64,000 nt of DNA from Candidatus Tepidifontimicrobium thermophilum. Its GTDB lineage: Bacteria; Sysuimicrobiota; Sysuimicrobiia; Sysuimicrobiales; Sysuimicrobiaceae. Made by a program: the position numbers and the translations under genes. Positions 51,022 through 58,970 of the stretch are shown one piece after another. The stretch's first letter is position 1. Every line of letters begins with the position of its first letter. The stretch spans positions 64,001-128,000 of the forward strand of contig JAVKHO010000004.1 of assembly GCA_031459915.1 (NCBI GenBank). The letters run 5' to 3'. The notes below the pieces were generated by a model. It was not told where the DNA came from. It did no database searches and saw nothing but the letters and a program-made list of their open reading frames with translations.

Positions 51022-51842
51022 AGGGCCTCCTCCCTGGGACGTCCCTCAGTCGGCTTCTGAGGGAGGAAAGCGTGGCTGCGCGCCATGTGCTGGAACACGG
51101 GGACCAAGCTCGGCCACGCCACCCGCTGTGCCTGAAACGCTTTGAAGTGCTTCATCGAGAAGTTGGCCACGCGCGAGTGCAGGTACACACCCAGCAGAAC
51201 CCCGTGCATGGGCTCACCACGACCGTTGGTCCAGGAGGCCTCCAGGAAGGCGGACTCGCTGTCCTGGGGCATGGGCCGGATCTGCAGCGTCTCTACCCGC
51301 AAGTCCGGGTACTGTCTGCGCATGCGCCCCACCAACCCGTCGAGATCCTGTTGGGCGGGCACCACCCGGCCGTACGTCGCCAGCATCCGCGAGAAGGACG
51401 CAGAGCTACCGTCTGACGAATCCTCACCGGGCGGCGTGAAACTCACCCCCGACTCCCCCGGCAACACCCGCCAGCCCGAGGGGTACTGGACGCAGAACTC
51501 CCCGCCCGGGTCGAGGTACCACGAGTAAGAAACCTGAGGCGGCGGGCCCGCAGGCTGGCCGCCGGCAGGTGAGGGCCCCGAAGGCGAAGACGGCCACGGC
51601 TGCCCGGCGGGAAACGAGGGCTGCGGTCCGGGGCGTGCTGGCGTCGCGGGACGCGCAGGCTGCGGGGCCGGCTCCTGGCCGGGCTGCAGAGCGGGAGGGG
51701 GCGGAGCCGGACGCCGGGCGAGCACGTACCACGCCACCCCTCCGATCCCCAGCATCACGAAGAACCCCACCGCCAGGACAGCCAGGATGGCCACCACGGC
51801 CCACGGACTTAGCCCAGCCTGATCGGTGAGTGTCCTCCTCAT
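51012..51842 (-). CDS. Single-pass membrane protein with Pro-rich linker and PsbP/DcrB-like domain
   Basis: TM, PAPPPP linker, YLDPGGEFCVQYPSGWRV, FQAQRVAW...F.HMARS; ATGA overlap. Confidence 0.7.
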   Translation of the reverse strand: MRRTLTDQAGLSPWAVVAILAVLAVGFFVMLGIGGVAWYVLARRPAPPPPALQPGQEPAPQPARPATPARPGPQPSFPAGQPWPSSPSGPSPAGGQPAGPPPQVSYSWYLDPGGEFCVQYPSGWRVLPGESGVSFTPPGEDSSDGSSASFSRMLATYGRVVPAQQDLDGLVGRMRRQYPDLRVETLQIRPMPQDSESAFLEASWTNGRGEPMHGVLLGVYLHSRVANFSMKHFKAFQAQRVAWPSLVPVFQHMARSHAFLPQKPTEGRPREEALCR

Positions 51843-53002
51843 CCCACAAGCCCCAACGCGGCGGCCCGTTCGCGGAGCGCCTGCACCCGTTCGCGGAGCA
51901 CCTGGACATCGCGTCCGGCTTCCCCGCGCCGTTGCCGCCAGAGGGCGAAGGCCAGGTCCACCTCGGCGTCGTACAGCTGCCGCAGCAGGTTCCACGCGCC
52001 CGGCCCCTTTGCGGTCAACACCGACCACAGGCGGCGGCTCCGCTCCCGCGGCCGCGTGAGGAGCTCCACGTGTTCCGGCAGCATCCTGCCTGCCTCCACC
52101 TCCTCTTGCAGGCCCTCTCGGATGGCGGTCACCTCCCGCTTCCAGGCGAAGTACGCCAGGGCCACCAGCAAGAGCAGCGGGATCCCTGCGATGAAGAAGG
52201 ACATCAACGGAACAACCAGGAGCCCCGCGGCACCCGCAGACCGGACCGCGGCCGGAACCGCAAAGCTCGCCAACAGGTTCCAGAGGAAGTGCAGGAACAT
52301 GGCGCAGAAGTAGCCCGCCACCGGAGCCACGAAGCGTGCCGCTCCCTGGCTCTCCCGGGCGTACCCCAGACCCGCTCCCGTGCAGGCGGTGTAGACGGAA
52401 TGGTTCAGGCCGCCCACCACTGCCCGCAACACGAAACCCACAGTCAGGGCCGCGATGCCTCCCTCGCGGAGGAAGCGGGCGAAGTACAGGATGTTCTCCG
52501 TGGCCGCAAAGCCCAGCCCGGCCAGGGCCCCGTACACGATGCCGTCCACGGTGTTCGTGAACTCGCGCCGCCAGAACAGGAAAACGAGCAGAACCGCAAG
52601 CCCCTTGCTGGTCTCCTCCGTCAGGGGGGCCAGCAGGGGCCCGGTCAGCTGTTTGCCCAGCTGAGGGCCGAACACGAGCTGGAAGACCTCCCCGCCGAGG
52701 GAGTTGAAGATCAAGCTGAAGAAGGTGGCCACCACCCCACCCCAAAGTAGGGCTCCGAGCAGCAGCCCCCCCGGCTCCTTCTCGTGCCGGTCCAGCAGGA
52801 GGATCAGGCCCGCGTAAAAGGGCACCACGGACAGCGCGGCGAAACACGCCATGAGGAACCGGCCCAGTCCTCCTGCGGATTGGTAGAAGAGGAGCATCTG
52901 CAGCAGGGCCAGCACGAACAGCACCAGCCCTCCCGCCACAAGCCCCGCAGCCTTCAGGAAGGTGTCCGTGCCGAAGCCTGACCGCGCAGTGCCGGCTGCC
53001 AT
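51839..53002 (-). CDS. PrsW-family intramembrane protease (copy C)
   Basis: DRHEKEP, EETSK, GFAATEN, NHSVYT, LHFLWN. Confidence 0.9.
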   Translation of the reverse strand: MAAGTARSGFGTDTFLKAAGLVAGGLVLFVLALLQMLLFYQSAGGLGRFLMACFAALSVVPFYAGLILLLDRHEKEPGGLLLGALLWGGVVATFFSLIFNSLGGEVFQLVFGPQLGKQLTGPLLAPLTEETSKGLAVLLVFLFWRREFTNTVDGIVYGALAGLGFAATENILYFARFLREGGIAALTVGFVLRAVVGGLNHSVYTACTGAGLGYARESQGAARFVAPVAGYFCAMFLHFLWNLLASFAVPAAVRSAGAAGLLVVPLMSFFIAGIPLLLLVALAYFAWKREVTAIREGLQEEVEAGRMLPEHVELLTRPRERSRRLWSVLTAKGPGAWNLLRQLYDAEVDLAFALWRQRRGEAGRDVQVLRERVQALRERAAALGLVG

Positions 53003-53011
53003 ACTGTGCTC

Positions 53012-53662
53012 CTACTGCAGGGCGAACGGCACCAGCAGCACGACCGCAGGTTGACCGCCCTGAGGGACTGCCAAGACAAACCCGTATAGCCCAGACGAGC
53101 CCCCTTGCGTGTCCAGGGTGTAAAGGGTGCGTCCTGGCTTTTCCACAGGCTGCGGGTTGGTGACGGGGACCACCCGTTCCTGGGACTCGATCTTTACCAC
53201 CAGCGTGACCACCTGAGTTTCCATCCGGCGGACGCCAAAGAGGATCCCCACGGGCTCACCCACCCGGAAGGTCCCGGCTGGCTCCGTGGGCTTTCCGTCC
53301 GGCCCAAGACGCACGGCCATCCCGCCCTCCACCTCCACCCCTGGGACCTGCTGGGGGCAGATGCCCTTACCGAGGTCCTCGGGGCCCCTGGGAGGTGTCT
53401 GGGGGCAGGGACCCGCCTGCGGGCCCGGTGCTGAAGGCTGGGCCGGCGTCGATGGCTGGGCCGGCGCAGGGGCCGGGGGCGCAGGCTGGGACACCGGGCC
53501 CGTGGGTTGAGACCCGGGCTGTGCAGGGGCGGCCGCAGGGGTCGGCGCGGGGGAAGGTTTCGGCCTCGCGAAGACCACCAGCGCGGCCACGACCGCCACC
53601 ACCGCGAGCAGGGTGAGACACCCGCAGCCCAGTCCACCGCCGATCAGCAGGTTCCGGTTCAT
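53012..53662 (-). CDS. Single-pass membrane protein with GCGCL motif and Pro-rich linker (paralogue B)
   Basis: MNRNLLIGGGLGCGCLTLL..., PEDLGKGICPQQVPG, GLYGF...VPFAL; ATGA overlap. Confidence 0.75.
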   Translation of the reverse strand: MNRNLLIGGGLGCGCLTLLAVVAVVAALVVFARPKPSPAPTPAAAPAQPGSQPTGPVSQPAPPAPAPAQPSTPAQPSAPGPQAGPCPQTPPRGPEDLGKGICPQQVPGVEVEGGMAVRLGPDGKPTEPAGTFRVGEPVGILFGVRRMETQVVTLVVKIESQERVVPVTNPQPVEKPGRTLYTLDTQGGSSGLYGFVLAVPQGGQPAVVLLVPFALQ

Positions 53663-54708
53663 CGTCCGACCTCCCGGATCCGGTCGCGATACACCTGCAG
53701 CTCCGCTTCGCTGGCGAGCCCGCGCTCCAGCCGGCGCCGGGCGAAGGCCAGCTCCGCGAGGGACTGGCGCGCGGCCTTCGGGACCGTACCCCACCGGCCC
53801 CGCGCGGCCGCTTCCGCGTACTCCTCGGGGATGTGGCCTTCCCGCGCCTCCACAGGCAGGTAGCGGGCTAGGACGTTACGTTCGTGGCGCAGAGCCCAGG
53901 CCACGATGACCACCAACGCGGCAACCCCTGCCCAGTCGGCCACCGTCCGCACGGCCGCCAGCAACCCGGAAGGGCCCGTTCCGGACCCGATCAGGGCGGC
54001 GAGGGCGTCGTAGGCGGCGTGGTACAGGGCCGCCACCGCGAACCCGCCCACCGGCAGCCACCACGCCGCCGAGCCCGTCAGCCTGAACTCCCGCACCGCG
54101 CCCAGGGAGGCGCCGAAGAGGGCGCCGAAAGCGCTGTGGGTGAGGCCGGTGAGGAGGATGCCGAAGAACATCCCCGCGCTGATGCCGCCTCCCAGTCCGG
54201 ATTTCGAGAGGTCCCACAGGTACACCGCGGACTCCGCCAGGGCGAACCCCGCCCCGACGATCCCTCCGTATACGACCCCGTCCAGGGTCCCGTCGAACTC
54301 GCGGGGAAGGGACCGGAAGAGGGCCAGGATCACCAGGGCCTTCATGCCCTCCTCCACCACCGCGCCGGCAGGGTTGGGTCCGAAGAGCGCGGCGTTCAGG
54401 GCGTGGAAGCTCGCCGGGTAGACGGACATCCGGATCCCCGTCAGGCGCTCCACGATCACGGTCAGCACGGGCGCCGCCACCGCCCCTCCCAGCAGTGCCG
54501 CAGCCAGCACGCTGGCGGGCTCCTTCTCGTGCCGGTCCGCCCAGTAGAGGACGGCCACGTACAGGGCCGTGAGCACCACCACGATGAGGACGCCCAGCAG
54601 GACCCCGCTCCCCCCGGCTTCGAGCGCGCCGGTGAACTCCGGCGCGGGCGACTTCTCGATGGGGAACGGGAAAAAAGGACGGGGCGGGACGGTAAGAAGC
54701 AACTCCAT
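53659..54708 (-). CDS. PrsW-family intramembrane protease (copy D)
   Basis: DRHEKEP, EEGMK, GFALAES, THSAFG, YHAAYD; GAGGAGG RBS. Confidence 0.88.
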   Translation of the reverse strand: MELLLTVPPRPFFPFPIEKSPAPEFTGALEAGGSGVLLGVLIVVVLTALYVAVLYWADRHEKEPASVLAAALLGGAVAAPVLTVIVERLTGIRMSVYPASFHALNAALFGPNPAGAVVEEGMKALVILALFRSLPREFDGTLDGVVYGGIVGAGFALAESAVYLWDLSKSGLGGGISAGMFFGILLTGLTHSAFGALFGASLGAVREFRLTGSAAWWLPVGGFAVAALYHAAYDALAALIGSGTGPSGLLAAVRTVADWAGVAALVVIVAWALRHERNVLARYLPVEAREGHIPEEYAEAAARGRWGTVPKAARQSLAELAFARRRLERGLASEAELQVYRDRIREVGR

Positions 54709-54769
54709 GGCGACCCTCCTCACCTCTGACCGCGTGCGTGTGTGTTCCGCAACACAGCCCCCGCTGGCT

Positions 54770-55147
54770 CTAACGCGCCCCTTCCCCCGGGGGCCTTAAC
54801 CAGGGTCCCTTCCCCTGCAGGAAGGCGTAGGTGTTGACCGCCGCCGCGGCGAACCACGCGAGAAAGCCCAGGAAGTTCCAGCCAAGCCCTCCCAGGGTCA
54901 CCACTCCCGCTAACGTCCGGTTCCCTGTGGCACCCGCGATCAGCATGAACAGCAGGGGCAGGAAGCCGAACACCACCGACAGGCCGACGCCCCAGCCGAG
55001 GGCCCAGGCTGCGTGGCGCCGCACAAGCGGGTGTGGCGGCTTGAGGAAGAACCCCGCGATGGCGATCCACCACAGCCACCACCCCCCGATGGCCACCAGG
55101 CGCTGAACCTGCGTGACCTCCGTACCGTGCTGGCTTTCTAGCGACAT
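54770..55147 (-). CDS. Small multi-TM membrane protein, DUF4870/Tic20-like
   Basis: P.VRRHAAWAL and A..G..P patterns with three hydrophobic segments; GGAGGG RBS. Confidence 0.6.
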   Translation of the reverse strand: MSLESQHGTEVTQVQRLVAIGGWWLWWIAIAGFFLKPPHPLVRRHAAWALGWGVGLSVVFGFLPLLFMLIAGATGNRTLAGVVTLGGLGWNFLGFLAWFAAAAVNTYAFLQGKGPWLRPPGEGAR

Positions 55148-55216
55148 CAGTACCCTCCGGCAACCGGCTCGAAGCCCGGAACGCGGGCCCCCAAGGCCGG
55201 ACGTAACCAGGAGGGA

Positions 55217-55232
55217 CTTAAAACCCGCTTAA
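55217..55232 (-). promoter_or_regulatory. Direct-repeat box 2 (TTAAG-N6-TTAAG)
   Basis: Minus strand TTAAGCGGGTTTTAAG, about 70 bp upstream of the PrsW operon; includes the TAA stop of the regulator gene. Confidence 0.65.
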
Positions 55233-57949
55233 CGCCGGCGGCGGTCTAGCAGGGCGGGACGGAGATAGTCCTGGACGAGCGCCCGGGTCTCTGGCAGGGG
55301 AGCCACGCCGACCTCCTCCCGAAGGCGCTCCTCGAAGTCCCGATAGAAGCGCAGGACGGCCTGCCGGTGGCCCAGGCTCAGGAGGTGTCGCAGGAGGGCT
55401 TGCAGGGCGGGTTCGTGGGTGGGGTCCAGCTCGAGGACCCGCTCCAAGTAAGCGATGCCCTCCTCCGGAGCCGCGTCGCGGCCCGCCTGGTACAGACAGT
55501 GCACTACCCGCCGTTGCAGGGCGTACCGGACTTCGTCCACCGCCGGGAGGTCCACCCCCGGTGCCAGCGGCTCTCGGTACAGCCTCAGAACGGACTTCGC
55601 GTCCTCCTGCTGCAGGGCCGCTTCCAGATCCCAGAAGTCCACCCGGGTGTTCCGCAGCGCGTTCCCCGCCAAGTACGTGGGGACCCGCCAGGGCTGCAAG
55701 GCCCTGCGGAGGTGGTGCAGCTGCACGTGGAGGTTGTTGCGGGCCTGGTCGGCGTCCGCGTCCGGCCACAGCTGGCCCGCTACTTCCTCCAGCTCCCGAC
55801 CCATGACCAGGAGCACCAGCAGGGCCCGGGCCGTGGGCGACAGCGACAGCTCCTCCCCGACACGTGTCAACCGGAAGCGTCCCAGGATCTCCACCACCAG
55901 AGGCGGGACTTCGTCCAACCTCCGCTCGACCGCCTCTTTCCAACCGGCCCGCAGCACCGCCTCGATGGGGTAGGCGTCTGCCAGCTCAGGGCGGTGCGGG
56001 GGAAGCTCTGAGACCGACAACAGGGCCGGCAGGATCCGGGAGCCCAGGGAAGTCAGCCCGCACAGCGCCTCCAGATCCTCTTCGCGTCTCAGGATCCGGT
56101 AGCGGGCCGCGTGGTAATAGGCACGCTCCTCCCGGTCGTAGGGAGGGGAGGGCAGTGAGGCGACGGCTTCGTCCCCTCTTCCGAGGTGCCAGAGGCTGAG
56201 GGCCAACTCCAGCTGGCTCCAGAAACCCCGCGCGGGCCGGACGACCTGGGCGGCCTCGTCTACACAACCCGTCTCTCGCAGGGTCCGGGCCCAGAGCCCC
56301 CGCACCGCGTCCTCAAGCTCCGGGTTCTCTGACGTTTCGGCAAGGGTGACCAGCCGCTCGAAAGGCTCGCATTTCCGCTCCAGGCAGGCCTGCCAGGCGG
56401 CCGCCAGGGCCTCGGCCCAGAAGTTCCGCCCCGGCTGGGCCTGGGCGGTGCGGAAACAGGTCAGCGCCTCTTCCCGTCGGCCTGCCAGCAGCAGGAGGCG
56501 GCCGGTCTGCAGGAGGGTGAGCGGGAGGTTGTGGGAGCGTTCCCGCTCCTGAGCTTCCGCGGTGCGGCGGTTGTACGCCAGATAGTAGTCCAGGTCGCCC
56601 TGTTGCTGCCAGCGGAGGAACGCCAGGTTGTACCCGATGGGGTGGAACACGTAGGGGTCGTCCGCCGGAAGGAGACTGCGGGCTTCCTCCAGGACCGCCT
56701 GGAACCGCTCCAGCTGGCGGGCCTTCCACAACGGCCAGCAGGTCCAGTTCAGGAACCGAGCGGCCGAGTGCGGATCCACACGGGGCACGAGCCTGTACCC
56801 CTCGTCCACCGCCCGCAGCGCAAGCTCCAGGTCCACCTCAGGGGCGTTGTAGGCGATCAACCCCCAGGCCCGGATCGCCACCTCCGGGTCCAGGCGGTCC
56901 GCTTCCCGGGCGAGCCGCTCCAGGCGGTGGAATGCCTCCCCGAGCCGACCCGTCAGGCAGAGGGCCATTCCGTAGCCCAGCCTCCGCCAGGGTCCCCCCA
57001 TCCCCGGCAGGGCTCGACACCACCTGACCAGGGAAGACGGGACGGTGGAAGCGAGATCCAGGGCCGCGGGAGATTCCAGGAGCGCCTCCAGTTCCCTCCA
57101 CAGGGCCGCCCGCAGGTAGGCCTCCGCCCGCAGTTCGAGGGGCAGGTCGGCAGCCCGCCGGCGCACCGACTCCTGGATCTCGGTCCACGCGCAGGCGTGC
57201 AGCACCTCGGTAAACAGGGCGTGGAGGCGGAACCCCTGGGCAGTCCGCTGAACGAACCCCGAGGCCTGGAGCCGCCGCAGGGGACCCTCCGCCAGCTCCT
57301 CCGGGAGGGCCGGCACAGCCGACAGAAGCAACAAAACCTCCCACTCCTGCTGCCCTAAAGACTCGCGCACCCCCTGCGCGAGCGCACTCTGCAGGTCCAA
57401 GGTGCCCGTCAGGGCGGCCACGTGGACGGCGATGGGCCAGCCTCCCGTACGCTCCCAGATCTCGTACGCTCTGGCTCCGTCTGCCAACAGCTGCTGGACC
57501 TCCGCCAGACGGAAGCGGAGGTCGTCTGCGGTCAGGTGAACCAGCCGCCCCGCGGTCCTCGCGCGGGGGAGCTCCGGCCACCTGAGCTCACCGCGGCTGG
57601 CCAGGCCCAGCAGTAGGTTTTCCGAGGGGAGCCGGAGGGAAAGGAGGGTATCCGGGGTCAGGTCGTCCAGCACCAGCACCGTGGGGCTTTCCGTCAGCAC
57701 GCACTGCAACAGCGCCCACGAGGGGAGCCCCGGAAGGCCCAACATCCGTCCCAGCTGTTCGAGGAGGGATCCGGTCGCGGCGTCGGCCCACAACACCCGC
57801 CACCCGTGGGCGCGAAGCCTGTCCGTCCACTGCTGGAGCAGGACGGTCTTGCCGTAGCCGTAGGGGGCCTGCAGCCACACCACATACCCGCCCCGCGTCG
57901 GGAGGGCTTCCAGCAGGCGCGGCCGCAAGACCCAGGTTGCGTGCTCCAT
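55229..57949 (-). CDS. MalT-like STAND ATPase-TPR-wHTH/BTAD transcriptional regulator
   Basis: RPRLL..L, Walker A APYGYGKT, Walker B LVLDD, DLRF, TGGWP; C-terminal LG.F, LWPD, NNLHVQLHHLRRAL, DPTHE, L..E.GV.PLPET (BTAD). Confidence 0.85.
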   Translation of the reverse strand: MEHATWVLRPRLLEALPTRGGYVVWLQAPYGYGKTVLLQQWTDRLRAHGWRVLWADAATGSLLEQLGRMLGLPGLPSWALLQCVLTESPTVLVLDDLTPDTLLSLRLPSENLLLGLASRGELRWPELPRARTAGRLVHLTADDLRFRLAEVQQLLADGARAYEIWERTGGWPIAVHVAALTGTLDLQSALAQGVRESLGQQEWEVLLLLSAVPALPEELAEGPLRRLQASGFVQRTAQGFRLHALFTEVLHACAWTEIQESVRRRAADLPLELRAEAYLRAALWRELEALLESPAALDLASTVPSSLVRWCRALPGMGGPWRRLGYGMALCLTGRLGEAFHRLERLAREADRLDPEVAIRAWGLIAYNAPEVDLELALRAVDEGYRLVPRVDPHSAARFLNWTCWPLWKARQLERFQAVLEEARSLLPADDPYVFHPIGYNLAFLRWQQQGDLDYYLAYNRRTAEAQERERSHNLPLTLLQTGRLLLLAGRREEALTCFRTAQAQPGRNFWAEALAAAWQACLERKCEPFERLVTLAETSENPELEDAVRGLWARTLRETGCVDEAAQVVRPARGFWSQLELALSLWHLGRGDEAVASLPSPPYDREERAYYHAARYRILRREEDLEALCGLTSLGSRILPALLSVSELPPHRPELADAYPIEAVLRAGWKEAVERRLDEVPPLVVEILGRFRLTRVGEELSLSPTARALLVLLVMGRELEEVAGQLWPDADADQARNNLHVQLHHLRRALQPWRVPTYLAGNALRNTRVDFWDLEAALQQEDAKSVLRLYREPLAPGVDLPAVDEVRYALQRRVVHCLYQAGRDAAPEEGIAYLERVLELDPTHEPALQALLRHLLSLGHRQAVLRFYRDFEERLREEVGVAPLPETRALVQDYLRPALLDRRRR

Positions 57950-57992
57950 AAGGTGCAGCGTCTATCCTCGCGCCGCCGCTCGTTTCGCGCGT

Positions 57993-58008
57993 TTAATGCG
58001 ATTTTAAG
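57993..58008 (+). promoter_or_regulatory. Direct-repeat box 3 (TTAAT-N6-TTAAG)
   Basis: TTAATGCGATTTTAAG in the divergent gap between the regulator and PrsW copy E. Confidence 0.62.
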
Positions 58009-58046
58009 CCGGCCTGTCACCACTGTGGAACCGGAGGGCAACAGGA

Positions 58047-58970
58047 TTGCCAGCTCCCGCATGGATCCTCAACCTGTGCGTCCTGGTGTACGCTTTCCTG
58101 TTGTGGTGGCCGGTGCGCCACGAACACCGGTTGCCTGCCCTTTGGGCCCTCCTGGCGGCCGGCGGCGCGGTGGGCGCCATTCAGCGAGCCCTCCTGGGGA
58201 TCCTGTTCCCTGAGTCCGCCGGGTCCTGGCCTCCGTTTGCCGCCGCGTGGGTGGGGGCACCGGTGGCTGCCTGGCGCGGGGGCGTGGAAGAGCTGTCCAA
58301 AGCCGTGGTGGTTCTCGCGATCCGGGCACGGGCCGGCCGGTGGTTCGAGGACGCGCTCCACGGGGTGGTGGCAGGGAGCCTCGTGGGGCTCGGATACGCG
58401 CTAGCCGGCGTGGGACTGGCAGCGTTCAGGGACGCGATGCTGCCGGACGACCCCGGGAGGCTGGTGCACCTGCTCGGAGGTTGCCTGGCGCAGGGAGTCT
58501 ACCCTGCCCTGCTGGGCGCCGCACTGGGATGGACTCCGGCCGACCGCGGCAAGCGGGCGCGTGTCCTCCGGGCGCTGGGCGGAGTCCTGGGCGCGGCGGC
58601 GGGCCACGCTCTGTACCTGGGGTTGGCCCAGGCCTTCCGGCCTGGGCAGGAGCCCTCGGGGATGGCGGTCGCCGGCCTTCTGGCCTTGGAGTGGGGCGGG
58701 GCCGCGGTGCTTGTGGTTGTGTGGGTCTGGGGTGCACGCCGACAGCGGGCGCTGCTGGCCAGCTATCTATGGGGAGAGGTCGCCCTGGGGACCCTCACTG
58801 ACGACGAGTTCCATGCGGTGATCCGCGATGGGAGCCGGCTTGGGGGACCCCTGAGGTCGGCGCTCGTGCAGCTCGCCCTCGCCAAGCGAAGGCTCGTGCG
58901 GGGGGAGGGCCGAGAAGAGGAGGTCCAGGCTTGGCGGGATCGCGTGGCGGCGTTGCGGCGCAGGCGTTGA
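58047..58970 (+). CDS. Degenerate PrsW-family protein (copy E)
   Basis: EELSK kept; the F/Y...E motif reads GYALAG and the first His is replaced (AQGVYP); shares the family C-terminal tail. Confidence 0.75.
   Translation: MPAPAWILNLCVLVYAFLLWWPVRHEHRLPALWALLAAGGAVGAIQRALLGILFPESAGSWPPFAAAWVGAPVAAWRGGVEELSKAVVVLAIRARAGRWFEDALHGVVAGSLVGLGYALAGVGLAAFRDAMLPDDPGRLVHLLGGCLAQGVYPALLGAALGWTPADRGKRARVLRALGGVLGAAAGHALYLGLAQAFRPGQEPSGMAVAGLLALEWGGAAVLVVVWVWGARRQRALLASYLWGEVALGTLTDDEFHAVIRDGSRLGGPLRSALVQLALAKRRLVRGEGREEEVQAWRDRVAALRRRR

Noticed and set aside
51540..53560. GC-rich quasi-repeats as a tandem repeat or CRISPR array
   Set aside because: They encode Pro/Ala/Gln linkers within genes; there is no constant repeat-spacer structure and no cas gene.
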